Shown piece after piece: positions 1-13,745 of a stretch of DNA of 64,000 bases (positions are counted from its first letter, which is position 1; each line of letters opens with the position of its first letter). Position numbers and translations under genes: made by a program. The notes below the pieces were generated by a model, which saw only the letters and a list, made by a program, of their open reading frames with translations, ran no database searches and was not told the DNA's origin. The stretch is from the human T2T-CHM13v2.0 reference genome, Homo sapiens. The stretch lies in assembly GCF_009914755.1 (NCBI RefSeq), contig NC_060927.1; one strand, 5' to 3'.

Positions 1-651
1 ACCTTATACAAGCACTTACGGGCCAACACTAAGTGCTGCACAAGTATTAACATATTTAATTCTCATGATGACCCTAGGAGGTACGTGCTACTCTTATTTG
101 CCATTTATAGTGAAAAGAGACAACTGAGTACAGAGAGGTTAAGTAACTGGCCCAAAGTCAGTACCTCCTTTAGACTTGGACAACAGGAACCCTGGGCCCT
201 AGGCTTTAGAGGGCCCCATTCTGGTCTCCTCTTGCCTATTGTTCCCTGTGGGATAAGGAATTAGTGGGGCCAAGATGCTTGCTTAACAGGAGGCTCTGTT
301 CTACCTTCTAGACCACAGCCATGTACCCTAGAATTCCCTGCCCAAACAGCCCTGAGAACACTTCCAGGTCCTGTGCAGGATTTTCCTCCAGGGCTGGCCT
401 CCGGAGTGTGGACCTCCCCTCACATGTGTGTACCCTAGGGCCAGAGGGATGGCCAAGGAGCAGCTATTTTGATTGTGAGGTTTGGGGGCAGCTTGAGTGT
501 GTAGGATGGGGAGTCCTCACATGGTGAGGGAGGGAGCTGGGGGCAGAGTAGAAAGAGAGGGAAAATAGGAGGGCTGGCTCTTCCCTCACTGCCACCTAAC
601 ACAAAACTCTGAAGAGCATTAGAATTCTAAGTTTAAAAAATGGCACTCCAG

Positions 652-791
652 AGCCAAGTGCAATGGTGTGCACCTGTAGTCCCAGCTACTTGGGAAGCCT
701 GAGACAAGAGGAACCATTGAGTCCAGCAATTCCAGTACAGCCTGGGCAACACAGTGACTCTGTCTCAAAAAAAAAAAAAAAAAAAAAAAAA
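652..791 (+). mobile_element. Free Alu monomer (FLAM-like)
   Basis: About 115-nt Alu monomer plus A25 tail; approximate TSD ggcactccag/ggtactccag. Confidence 0.85.
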
Positions 792-954
792 GGAGGTACT
801 CCAGGTCATTATGAAGATATATTTGCCAAGGTTGAAGATAGAATAATTCTATGTGACAGTTTGCTAGAATAATCTATAACTTTTAAATGTTTGGATGTAT
901 ACATGATAAGTCTTTATACTCTTATTCTGAGCCCCATAAATGTTAGCAGTGAGC

Positions 955-1160
955 AGTGGTATGCTGGTAGATGCTTAACAACCAGCTCTGGGGTTGGAGA
1001 TAGTATGGAGGAAGCCCTGATTTGCAGTAGGTTTCCATGATGTGAACATACCTACTATGGCTGATTTCAATCCACCAAGAGAATATCACTGAGCAGAGAG
1101 TTGGGAGAAGATATGCACAATCAGCTCTCAGGAACCAGACAAGCCAGCTCTAGCAAATAA
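955..1160 (+). mobile_element. MER63-like hAT element inside a split MIR (MIR pieces about 1-160 and 1175-1260)
   Basis: cagtggtatgctggtagatgcttaacaaccagctct start; MIR core gaggttaagtaactggccca resumes at cacacagctagcaagtggcagag. Confidence 0.6.
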
Positions 1161-1750
1161 TTCAGGGCCAGCCAATGCCACACAGCTAGCAAGTGGCAGA
1201 GGCAGAATTTGAACAAAGGCAGTTTGGTTTCAGAATCTGGACTTCTAATCGTTATGTTGCTTCCTAGCCTTCTCTTTCCTAGACCCACATTATTAGACCC
1301 TGTAAAGTATTGAGGATTGTTGTACTAATCTATACTTTGAGTCCTGGACTCTGGAGGGCCATGTCCTAGCATCAGCTGATGCTAATATAACCACAGACAT
1401 AGAGAAGACTTTCTGCCAGAAGCAAGGTGGCCATATCTTCCCTCATTTTCAAAATATCTTGTCTATGCTGTGTTGTTCTTGACTTTTGAGTTTATTCCAG
1501 CTTCTGGGAACTCCTGCTTCCTAGCTCCTGCCTGCTTGCCTCGCCTTACCTCCCATCTCAACTTGATCACTTTTACTCATTTGTCCCTGTGGCCTGCCTG
1601 ACCATGACCCACTGAGCATCTAACTGCTGAGACTGGACTGTAGTTCCAAGCTGGGGACATTAGGTGTTGGGTTTTTTTTTTAAAGGGTCAGTTATCTTTC
1701 TATTTAATAGGTACTCACTTGGGCAAGGGAACATATAAAATATTTTGACC

Positions 1751-2086
<336 letters not shown>

Positions 2087-2202
2087 CTACTCCTTTTTCT
2101 TGACCACTCAGCCTTTCTGAGTATTCTATGAGAAAATAAAATTCTAATGCCTAAAGCATCCATTAAGTATAATGAACTGGGATATTGGGATCCAGGGCTC
2201 TA

Positions 2203-2597
<395 letters not shown>

Positions 2598-3079
2598 GGA
2601 CCAGGGAACCAGAGTGACACAACTATTTAGCCAGAAGACCCCAGTCCCAAATTCCATTAAATTCAACAATTCAACTGGTTCATGGTCCATGATAATCTCT
2701 AGATTTGATTCCTGGGATATATACTCTTTTTTCCCATATGTAGAGCAGTCACACTTACACCAGACAGCTATTTGGCTTTTTGGGAGTGAAAGATTTAATG
2801 AAAAGAATGCATCTGGGGTCTCAAGTAAAATCCACAAGCTTTTAGGAGAAACAAAAATGTAGACCATTGTGGATCAGATAATTTTTGAGGTCTTTCTGAT
2901 GCAAATTACAAAATTCAGAGGCCCAGCATGGGATGTTCTGATAGTTTCAGCCTAAAGCTGAGCTAAGTGACATGCATGGGTTTTTGGAATATGTGCTATA
3001 TTTTCACCAGTTTTGTAAAGACTGAGCAGATGTTTGGTGGCCCTAAAGATCTGTCTCCAATTGCTACTCTTCCCAGAGC

Positions 3080-3257
3080 AGTAGTTTTCAAAGTATGATC
3101 TTTGGACCAGCAGTATCAGCATCACATGGAAACTTGTTACAGTTGTAAATTCACCCCAGATCTGCTGAATTGGAAACTCTGGAGTATATTCCAGCAATCT
3201 GTGTTTTAAGAAGTCTCCTAGGTGATGCTGATATGGCTGAAGTTTGAGAACCACTGT
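3080..3257. mobile_element. MER5A hAT MITE
   Basis: cagtagttttcaaagt...cagcagtatcagcatcacatggaaacttgtt...agtttgagaaccactg. Confidence 0.85.
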
Positions 3258-3779
3258 TCCTGAGTATAACTACAAGTCTGAATGTGCCTCTAAGAACACT
3301 GGAACCACGGAGAGATAAGAAGCATGCTAGAGATGGGGGAGGGAGACGAAGGGAAGTGGTAGAGGACTAGCAGCTTGGTGCATAAATTAATGGCCTGTAG
3401 CATTTCTCCAGGTGTAATTATCCACTCTGAACTGACAATCAGCCATCTACCAGTAGAGCAGCATATTGGTGGTTAAATTTTGTCACCAATTAAAATGTCT
3501 CATGACCCACTGGGTTCCCAAATCTGTGTTCCATTCTGGTTTCCATTCCAGAGGTGATCAGATGGCTTCCTGTGATTGCTTTTCAAGCACCCCTTGGAGA
3601 GGGATATGAACCTCCCTCCTCTCTTTCCTTATTTGCATGTAGAATATCTTTTTAACAAGGATGATTCAAATTTCTAGCATTTGGCCTTTCCTCCTCCCTC
3701 TGCTTCCCAGCACAGTAAATAGCATGCTAAATAGAGCTCAGAGGGAGCACATTAAATGCATAGAGAAGTAATACCATAA

Positions 3780-4153
<374 letters not shown>

Positions 4154-4428
4154 ACATTATACAATCTTAAAAAAAAAATGCAGACGTCTAGTTTCCTTTA
4201 TGGCCAAACATTAGTGACTCCTGAGATCCATCAATATATTCCAAAACCATAATGCTAAATCTAGTACTGTGATGGAACCCTGCAGTGTCAAGAGTATAAT
4301 CAGAAAAAAAAATTCATCCTTGGACACACAGAGAGACAGTGGGAGAATGGGACTTGTTTTTTCTCTTTAACTGGAGTACATACATGGAATTGCTTGGCCG
4401 GGAGCTCCTCCAGTATTATAGCACAAGC

Positions 4429-4862
4429 TGTAGGTGTCTCACCTACATTCCCTGAGCACACTGATAGTTGCATGCTGCAAACACCATTGACTCTCAGCTT
4501 GAGGGTTTTTGCCTGGCCAAGGGAGTATGCTTGGTCTGTGTGCAGGGTGAGCTAGAAGTTTCAGGAGATAACATCCCTAGAAGCAACACTCACCCAATTG
4601 GTAGATAAATACCCGCTCAGAGTCCTCACCTGTTGGTTGGGACAGCTCTGAAGAGGGTCTTGCACTACCCCCTAGATCACCCCAATAGGACTTAGCTCCT
4701 GTTGCTCACAGTGGGAATTGGCTTAATAACATATCCTTTATTGCCTCTTTCTTTTCCTTGACTCACTCTCCTACTCCTTTGCTGGTATTTTCTTGGATAA
4801 CCTCTTAAATAAACTACTTGTACTTGAATCCTTGTCTTCTGAGGTAAGTCCCATTAAGACAA
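4429..4862 (+). mobile_element. ERVL LTR (LTR16-like)
   Basis: tgtagg start; ...aataaactacttgtacttgaatccttgtc...taagaca end. Confidence 0.65.
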
Positions 4863-6156
4863 GGATGACAAGAAAATATTTAAGGTGACACACACAATAA
4901 GGGTAAGGAATAGCTTTCATTCTTTCTTAAAAACAAAAAGCAAACCATTACATTTAGGTAAATGGTATAATGAATCAACCAATTTGCTCATTCATTCATT
5001 TGTTATCAACTTTTATTGGGTACCTACTGTATGCATAATACTGGGCTAGACACTGTCCTCAAAGAATTTAAAGTGTTTAAATCTAGTTTTGACTATAAGA
5101 CCAACATGAAATGTGATTGAAGGATATTCAAATCAAAGGACTGTGGGAGTAGAGAAGAAAGAATATCTGCTGGTGGTCATGGGGTATTTGATAAAAGCTT
5201 TGCAAGGTGGACGGAAGATTTAACCAGAGGCCATTCTATGCAGAGAAAACAATAAGAGTAATTGTGAGGAGGTGAGAGATTAAAAGGTATCTGGGGAGGT
5301 GAAGAATTCTGTGTGCCTGGAGCCCAGGGTAGATGTACAGAGGCTGGGTTATGATGGTAAGAGGGCTTGAATACCAACCATCTTGAATCCAGAGGAAGGG
5401 GCTATTGTAGTGTTTTGAGCAAGGGAGTGATATAGTCAGAGCTGGGCACTGGGAAGCTTAATCTGGTTGTACAGTATAAACTGGGTGGGAAGATTGGGCT
5501 ATGGAGGCACATTACAAAAGTGATGGAATATTTATAGTGTAGGTGTTAAAGAATACTTTTCAAAACATTATATAAATGACTTTCATACAAGTATAAAATG
5601 AAGATGTCAAAGATTAGGACTCTCAAATTGAACTTGGGAAAGTCTCTATTTTCTTTCCTACCCCAAAGCTTGGAAACAAAGACCAATAAACCTTTCCACC
5701 GTATTTGTCCTGGAGAACCTGTAAATTTGGTTAGTTCCTATCGTCTTGAAGTCTACCCAATTTTCTAAAGCTCCTGGCCTGCCAGGAAGTGATCTTTCTT
5801 AACACCTGTGAGGTTGATAACTCATTAGCAAGGTAGCAGCCTGGTTTCTTAGGAGAGTTTTGTAGACATTGGCTCATATATAAATTCAAACCCTTAATAC
5901 AGGGTTTGTTGTATGTGACTGGGCACAGAAATGGTTTCTAAGTATACTGATTGGATAATTCTTGTGCACTAAGCAATCAGTATACCTAGAAGCAATTTTT
6001 ACACCCACTCAAATAAAACATACCTCAAAATCTTCCAGTGCATATGTGAAAGGAACTGGATAATTTGTTAACCACAATTCTGAAATCCTATATAACTTCA
6101 CAATAAGGAGCACTAAAGATCGAAGAAACTTTTCAGAGCTATCAATAATGATAACA

Positions 6157-6444
6157 GGTCAGGCACAGTGGCTCAGGCCTGTATTCCCAGCACTTTGGGA
6201 GGTCAAGGCAAAATAATTGGTTGAGCTCAGGAGTCTGAAATCAGCGTGGGCAACATAGAAAGACCTCATCTCTACAAAAAATAAAAATAAAAAATTAGCC
6301 TGGTGTGGTGGCACACATCTGTAGTTCCAGCTACTGAGGAGGCTCTTGAGCCCAGGAGATCAAGCCTGCAGTGAGCTATTATCATGCCACTGCACTCCAG
6401 CCTGGGCAACTGAGCAAGACCTTGTCTCAAAAAAAAAAAAAAAA
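6157..6444 (+). mobile_element. Alu (AluJ) directly 5' of the L1
   Basis: Dimeric Alu with TSD aataatgataaca (6144-6156) / aataatgttaaca (6448-6460). Confidence 0.93.
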
Positions 6445-9400
6445 TTAAATAATGTTAACAGAAGCAAGATGGCCAAATACAACCCTCCAATGATCATCCC
6501 CCCCACAGGAATAACACATTGAACAACTATCCATACAAAAAAGCACCTCCATAAGAATCCCGAATCAGGTAAGTAATCAAAGTACCTGGTTTTAACATCA
6601 TATCAAGGAAACAGGCACTGAAGAGAGTAGGAAAGACAGTCCTGAATTGCCAGCACCACCCCTCCTCCATCCCCTGGCAGTGGCCACGTGATGTGGAGGG
6701 GAAAATCTGTGTACTCGGGGGAGGGACAGGGCAGTGACTGTGGAACTTGCATTGAAACTCAGTGCTGCCCTACAATAGCGGAAAGCAACACAGGGCAGAA
6801 CTCAGCTGGCACCCATGGAAGGAGCATTTAGATCAGCCTTTAGCCAGAGAGGAATCATCTCTTCCAGCAACTGGAAACTGAGTTCCAGCTAATCCCATCG
6901 CCACAGGCTAAAGCCTTCTGGGGTTCTAAATAAACTTGCAAGTATTCTAGACCACAAGGACTGCATATCCTAATCAAGTCCTGGTGTTACTGGGCTTTGA
7001 ATCCAGTGGACTTGGGGTATACATGCCCTAGTGAGACACCAGATGGAGCAGCCAAGGAAGTGCTTGCATCATCCCTCCCCGAATCCCCCAACCCCAGGAG
7101 CACAGCTCAGAGCTGTGGGACAGACTCCTTCCTTCCACTTAAGGAGAAAAGAGGGGAGAGTAAGGAGGATGTTGTCTTGCAATGTGTATACCAGCACAAT
7201 CATGATATAACAGAAAACCATTCCAGGCCCTAGCTCCTGAATGACATTTCTAGGTATACCCTGGGCCAGAAGGGAACCCACTGCCTTGAAGGGAAGAACC
7301 CAGTCTTGGCAGGATTCATCACCTGCTGATTGAAGAAATCTGGGCCTTGAATAAACACCAGTGGTAGCCACGTAGTACTCTCTGTGGGCCTTAGGTGAGA
7401 CCCAGTGCTGTGCTGGTTTCAGGGGAGACCCAACATAGTCTGACCTGTGGTGGCCGCAAGGAGAGACTTCTTCTGTTTGAGAAAAGGAGAGGGAAAAATA
7501 AGTGACATTTGTCTTGCAGCGTAGGTATCAGCTCGGCCCACAGTGGGGTAAGCACCAAACTGGCTCCTGAGGTACCCAATTCCAGGCCTTGGGTCTTGGA
7601 CAACATTTCTGAACTTGTCCTGGGCCAGAGGGGAGCCTGTTTCCCTGAGAGGAGAGACCCAGGACGTGTAGCATTCACCGCAAGCTTATTGAAGAGCCTT
7701 CGTGCCTTGAGTAAACATCAGTGGTAGCCAAGCAGTACTCACCATAGGCCTGAGGTGGTGGTGGCTGTGAAGAAAGACTCCTTCAGGTTGAGGAAATGAG
7801 AGAGAAGAGTGAGAAGGACTTTGTCTTGCAGCTTTGGTGCCAACTCAGCCACAGTAGAATAGAGCAGATTTCTAAGGTTCCTAACTCCAGGCCCTGGCTC
7901 CTGAACAGCATTTCTGGACCATTCCTGGGCTGGTGGGGAGCTTGCCACCCTGAAGGGAAAGACACAAACATCGCTGGATTTGCCACCTGCTGACTGAAGA
8001 GCTCGGGGCCTTGAGTGAACATCAGCAGTAGCCAGGCAGAGGTCACTGTGGGCTTTGGGTGAGACCCAGTGCTGCACTGGCTTCAGGTCTGATCCACTGC
8101 AGTCCCATTGGTGGGGGCCACAGGGGCACTTGTGTCACCCCTCCTCTAGTTCCAGGCAGCTCAACACAGAGAGAGACTCTGTTTGGGGGAAAGTAAGAGA
8201 AGAGAACAAGAGTCTCTGCGTGGTAATCCAGGGAATTCTCTTGAATCTTACCCCAGGCCACAAAGGCAGTACCTATAAAAGTCTGCAATAGTCACATTAC
8301 TGGGCTTGGGATGTCCCCTAATGCAGATACAGCTACAGTGACAAAAGACTTAGATCACAATGCATAAGTTCCTGTGAATACTCGGAAAGATTTCTCAAGA
8401 AGGACGGGTATAAACAAGCCCAGACTGCAAAGACTACAATAAATACCTAACTCTTCAATGCCCAGACATCAAAGACTTCTCAAGAAGGACAGGGGCAAAC
8501 AAGCCCAGACTGCAAAGACTACAATAAATACCTAACTCTTCAATGCCCAGACATCAGTGAACATCCACAAGCATTGACCATCCAGAAAAACATGACCTCA
8601 CCAAACATACTAAATAAGGCACCAGTGACCAATCCTAGAGTGACAAAGATATGTGACTTTTCAGACAGAAAATTCAAAATAGCTGTTTTGAGGAAGCTCA
8701 ATGAAATTCAAGATAACACAGAGAAACATTCCAGAATCCTGTCAGATAAACTTAACAAAGAGATTGAAATAATTTTTTAAAAATCAAGCAGAAATTCCAG
8801 AGCTGACAAATACAATTGACATACTGAAGAATGCATCAGAGTCTCTCAACAGCAGAATTGATCAAGTGAAAGAAAGGATTAGTGAGCTTGAAGACAGGCT
8901 ATTTGAAAATATAGAGTGAGAGAAGACAAAAGAAAAAAGAATAAAAAAGAATGAAGCATGACTAGAGGATATAGAAAATAGCCTCAAAAGGGAAAAATCT
9001 AAGAGTTATTGAAACTAGAGGATATAGAAAATATCCTCAAAATCTAAAAGTTATTGGTCTTAAAGAGGAGGTAAAGAGAGAGATCGGGGTAGAAAGTTTA
9101 TTCAAACAGATAATAACAAATAAACTTTCCAAACCTAGAGAAATATATTAATATTCAAATCCAAGAAGTTTATAGAACACCAAGCAGATTTAAGTGAAAT
9201 AAGACTACCTCAAAGCACTTAATAATCAAAGTCCCAAAGATCAAAGATAAAGGAAAAAACCCTAAAAGCAGCAAGAGAAAAGAAATAAATAACATACAAA
9301 GGAGCTCCAATACATACAATAGAATACATACAATAGAATACATACAATAGAATACAATAGAATTCTCAGTGGAAACCTTACAGTCCAGGAGAGAGTGGTA

Positions 9401-10040
9401 TTTAAGGAGCTGAAGGAAACAAACTTTTATTCTAGAATAGTATACTGAGTGAAAATATCATTTAAACATAAAGAAGAAATAAAAACTAACCCAGACAAAC
9501 AAAAGCTGATGGATTTCATCAACACCTGGCCTATCCCACAAGAATTGCTAAAGGCAGTTCTTCAATGTAAAAGAAAAGAATGTTAATGAGCAATAAGAAA
9601 TCATCTGAATGTACAAAACTCACACATAATAGTAAGTACACAGAAAAACACAGAATATTATAACACTGTAATTGTAGTGTGTAAGCTACTCATATGTTGT
9701 AGAAAGACTAAAATTTGAACCTCTCAAAAATAATAACTACAGCAACTTTTCAGGACATAGACAGTACAATAAGGTATAAATAGTAACAAAAAGTTAAAAA
9801 GCAGGGGGAATGAAGTTAAAGTGTAGAGTTTTTATTAATTTTCTCTCTGCTTCTTCATTAGTTAGTTTTTTTCTGCAGTCAATGGTAAGTTGTCATCAGT
9901 TTAAAATAATGGGTTATAAGATGTTATTTTTAAGCCTTGTGGTAACGTTAAATCAAGAAACCTATAACAGATCCAAAAAAACTAAAAATAAAAAGCAAGA
10001 AATTAAAACCTACTGCCAGAGAAAATCACCTTCACAAAAA

Positions 10041-10160
10041 AGGAAGGAAGGATGGATGGAAGGAAGAAGGGAAGAAAGGAGGAAGGAAGGAGAGAAGGAA
10101 GGAAGGAAGGAAAGAAAGAAGGAAGGAAGGAAGAAAGGGAGGGAAGGAGGGAGGGAAGGC
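10041..10160 (+). repeat. Imperfect (GGAA)n purine microsatellite in the L1 inter-ORF region
   Basis: aggaaggaag...gaaggaaggaaggaaggaaagaaagaaggaaggaagg. Confidence 0.95.
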
Positions 10161-10271
10161 CACAAAACAACCAGAAAACAAATAACCAAATTGCTGTATT
10201 AAGCCCTTATCTATTACTAACAACATCGAATGTAAACAGGCTAAACTCTCCAATCGAAAGACATAGGGTGT

Positions 10272-10590
10272 GGCCTAGGCACAGTGGCTCATGCCTACAA
10301 TCTCAGTACTTTGGGAGGCTGAGGTGGGAGAATTGCTTTGAGCCCAGGTGTTTAAGACCAGCCTGGGCAACATAGTGAGACCTCATCTCTACAAAAAATA
10401 AAATTAGCCAGGTGTGGTGGTGCACACTTGTAGTCCCAGCTACTCGGGAAACTGAGGTGGGAGGATTGCTTGAACCCAGCTGTTTGAGGTTACAGTGAGT
10501 TATAACTGTGCACCACTGCATGCCTGCCTGGGCAACAGAGTGAGTCCCAGTCTCTAAAAACAAACAAACAAATCACAGCAACAACAAAAA
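10272..10590 (+). mobile_element. Alu (AluJ) inserted in the L1 ORF2 endonuclease region
   Basis: Dimeric Alu with a (CAAA)-type tail; L1 ORF2 sequence resumes afterwards. Confidence 0.92.
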
Positions 10591-13468
10591 CAGAGTGGCT
10601 AAACTGATTAAAAAATAAGACCCAACAATCTGTTGCCTACAAGAAACATACTACACCTATAAAGACACACACAGACTAAAACTAAAGGGATAGAAAAAGA
10701 TATTCCATGGAAGTCAAATGGAAGTCAAAAAGGAGTAGGAGTAGCTATACTTACACCAGACAAAATAAATTTCAAAACAAAAACTATAAAAAGGACAAAG
10801 AAGGTCATTATATGACAATAAAGGAGTCAATTCAGTAAGAGGATATTGTAAACATATATGAACCCAACACTAAGGCACCCAGATATAATATACAGCAAAT
10901 ACTATTAGAGCTAATGAGAGCGATAGACCCCAATATAATAATAGCTGGAGACTTTAGCACCCCCACTTTCAGCACTGGACAGATCTTCCAGACAGAATAC
11001 CAACAAAGAAACATTGGGCTTAATCTGCATTATAGATCAAATAGATCTAATAGATTAGATACTTGTAAAACATTTCAGCCAATGGCTGCAGAATATACAT
11101 TATTTTCCTCAGCACATGGATCATTCTCAAGGATAGGCCATATGTTAGGCCACAAAACAAGACTTAATTTTTTCAATGGAAATCATATCAAGTGTCTTCT
11201 CTAACCACAAATAAATAAAACTAGAAACTAATAACAAGAGGAAATTTGGAAACTAAATAAACACACGGAAATTAAACGATATGCTCCTGAATGACCAGTG
11301 GATCAATGAAGAAATGAAGAAGGAAATTTTAAAATGTCTTAAACAAAAATGAAAACACAACACATCAAAACATGGGATTCAGTGAAAGCAGCACTAAGAG
11401 GAAAGTTTATAGCCAAAATTACCTAAATCAAAAATGTAGAAAAATTTCAAATAACCCAATATTGCATCTTAAAGAACTAGAAAAGCAAGAGCAAAGCAAA
11501 CTCAAAATTAGTAGATGAAAATAAATAATAAATATCAAGCAGAAATAAATGAAACTGAAACAAAAAACAGAACAGAACAACAAAATGAAACATTGATTTT
11601 TTTGAAAAGATAAAATTGACAAATCTTTAGGCTAAGAAAAAAAGAAAATTCAAAATCAGAGATGAAAAAGGAGACATTACAACTGACACTGCAAAAATTC
11701 ACAGGATCATTAGAGACTACTATGAGCAACTATCTGCCAGCAAATTGAAAATCTAGAAGAAATGGATAAATTCTTAGACACATACAACCTACAAATACTG
11801 AACTGTGAAAAAATCCAAAACCTGAAAAGACCAATAACAAGTAATGAGATCACAGCCATAATAAAAAGTCTCCTGGCAAAGAAAAGCTTAAACCTGATGG
11901 CTTCATTGCTGAATTCTACTAAATATTTAAAGAAGAATGAAACCAATTCTCAAACTCAAAAAATAAGTGGAGGAAGGAATACTTCCAAATTCATTCTATA
12001 AAGCCAGTATTACCCTGATACCAAAACCAGACTAAGATACATTTTAAAAAACTACAGGCCAATATCCCTCATGAATATTGATGCAAAAATCTTCAACAAA
12101 ATACTAGCAAACCAAAATTAACAACATATTAAAAAGATCATTCACCATGACCAAGTGAGATTCATCCCTTGGATGCAAAGACAGTTCAACATACACAAAT
12201 CGATCAATGTGATACATCATATCAACAGAATAAAGAATAAAAATCATATGATCATTTCAATTGATGCTGAAAAGGCATTTAATAAAATTCAACATTTCTT
12301 CATGATAAAAACCATCAAAAAACTGGGTCTAGAATGAACATACCTCAACACAATAAAAGCAATGTAGGCAGACCCACAGCTAGTATCATATTGAATGGAG
12401 AAAAATGGAAATCTTTTCCTCTAAGATCTGGAACACAGCAAGGATGCCCACTGTCAGCATTCTTATTCAACATAATACTGGAAGTCTTAGAGCAATTAGG
12501 CAAAGATTTCTTGAGTAATATTCCACAAGCACAGGCAACCAAAGCAAAAATGGACAAATGGGATCACATCAAATGGAAAAGCCTCTGTGCAGTAAAGGAT
12601 ACAATCAACAAAGTGAAGAGACAACCCACAGAATGGGAGAAAATATTTGCAAACTATCCATCTGACAAAGGATTAATAACCAGAATAAGGAGTTCAAACA
12701 ACTCTATAGGAAAAAATATGAGACAATTTAAAAATGGGCAAAAAATCTGAATAGACATTTCTCAAAAGTAGACATACAAATGGCAAACGGGTATATGAAA
12801 AGGTGCTTAACATCATTGATCATCAGAGAAATGCAAATCAAAACTACAATGAGATATTATCTCACTGCAGTAAAAATGGCTTTTATGCAAAAGATAGGCA
12901 ATAACAAATGCTGGCAAGGATGTAGAGAAAAGGAAACCCTCACACATTGTTGGTGAGAATGTAAGTTAGTACAGCCAGTATGGAAAACAGTTTGGAGGTT
13001 CCTCAAAAACCTAAAACAGAAGTATCATATGATCCAGCAATTTTACTGCTAGGTATACATCCCAAAGAAAGGAAATCAGCATATCAAAGAAATATCTGCA
13101 CTCCTATGTTTATTGCAGCACTAATCACAATAGCCAAGATTTAGAAGCAACCTAAGTGTCCATCAATGGACAAATGGATAATGAAAAAGTAGTACATATA
13201 CACAGTGGAGTATTATTCAGCCATAAAAAAGAATCAGATACTTTCATTTGCAACATGGATGGAATTGGAGGACATTATGTTTAGTGAAATAAGCCAGGTA
13301 CAGAGAGTCAAATTTCATATATTCTCACTCATGTATGGAAGCTAAAAATTAAAACAAGTGAATTCATGGAGATAGAAAGTATTAATAGAATGATGGTTAC
13401 CAGAGGCTGGAAAGGGTAGTGGGGGTGGGAAAAAGTGGGGGTGGTTAGTGGGTACAAAAATATAGTTA

Positions 13469-13745
<277 letters not shown>

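Noticed and set aside
10041-10160. GGAA microsatellite as an EWSR1-FLI1 neo-enhancer
   Set aside because: The longest uninterrupted run is only about 4 units, so there is little support.
8574-12750. ORFs resembling L1 ORF1p and reverse transcriptase/endonuclease
   Set aside because: Frameshifted fragments of a dead L1 lacking the RT core; not a novel RT system.
13414-13442. G-quadruplex-like G runs
   Set aside because: Standard G-rich tract of L1 3' UTRs.
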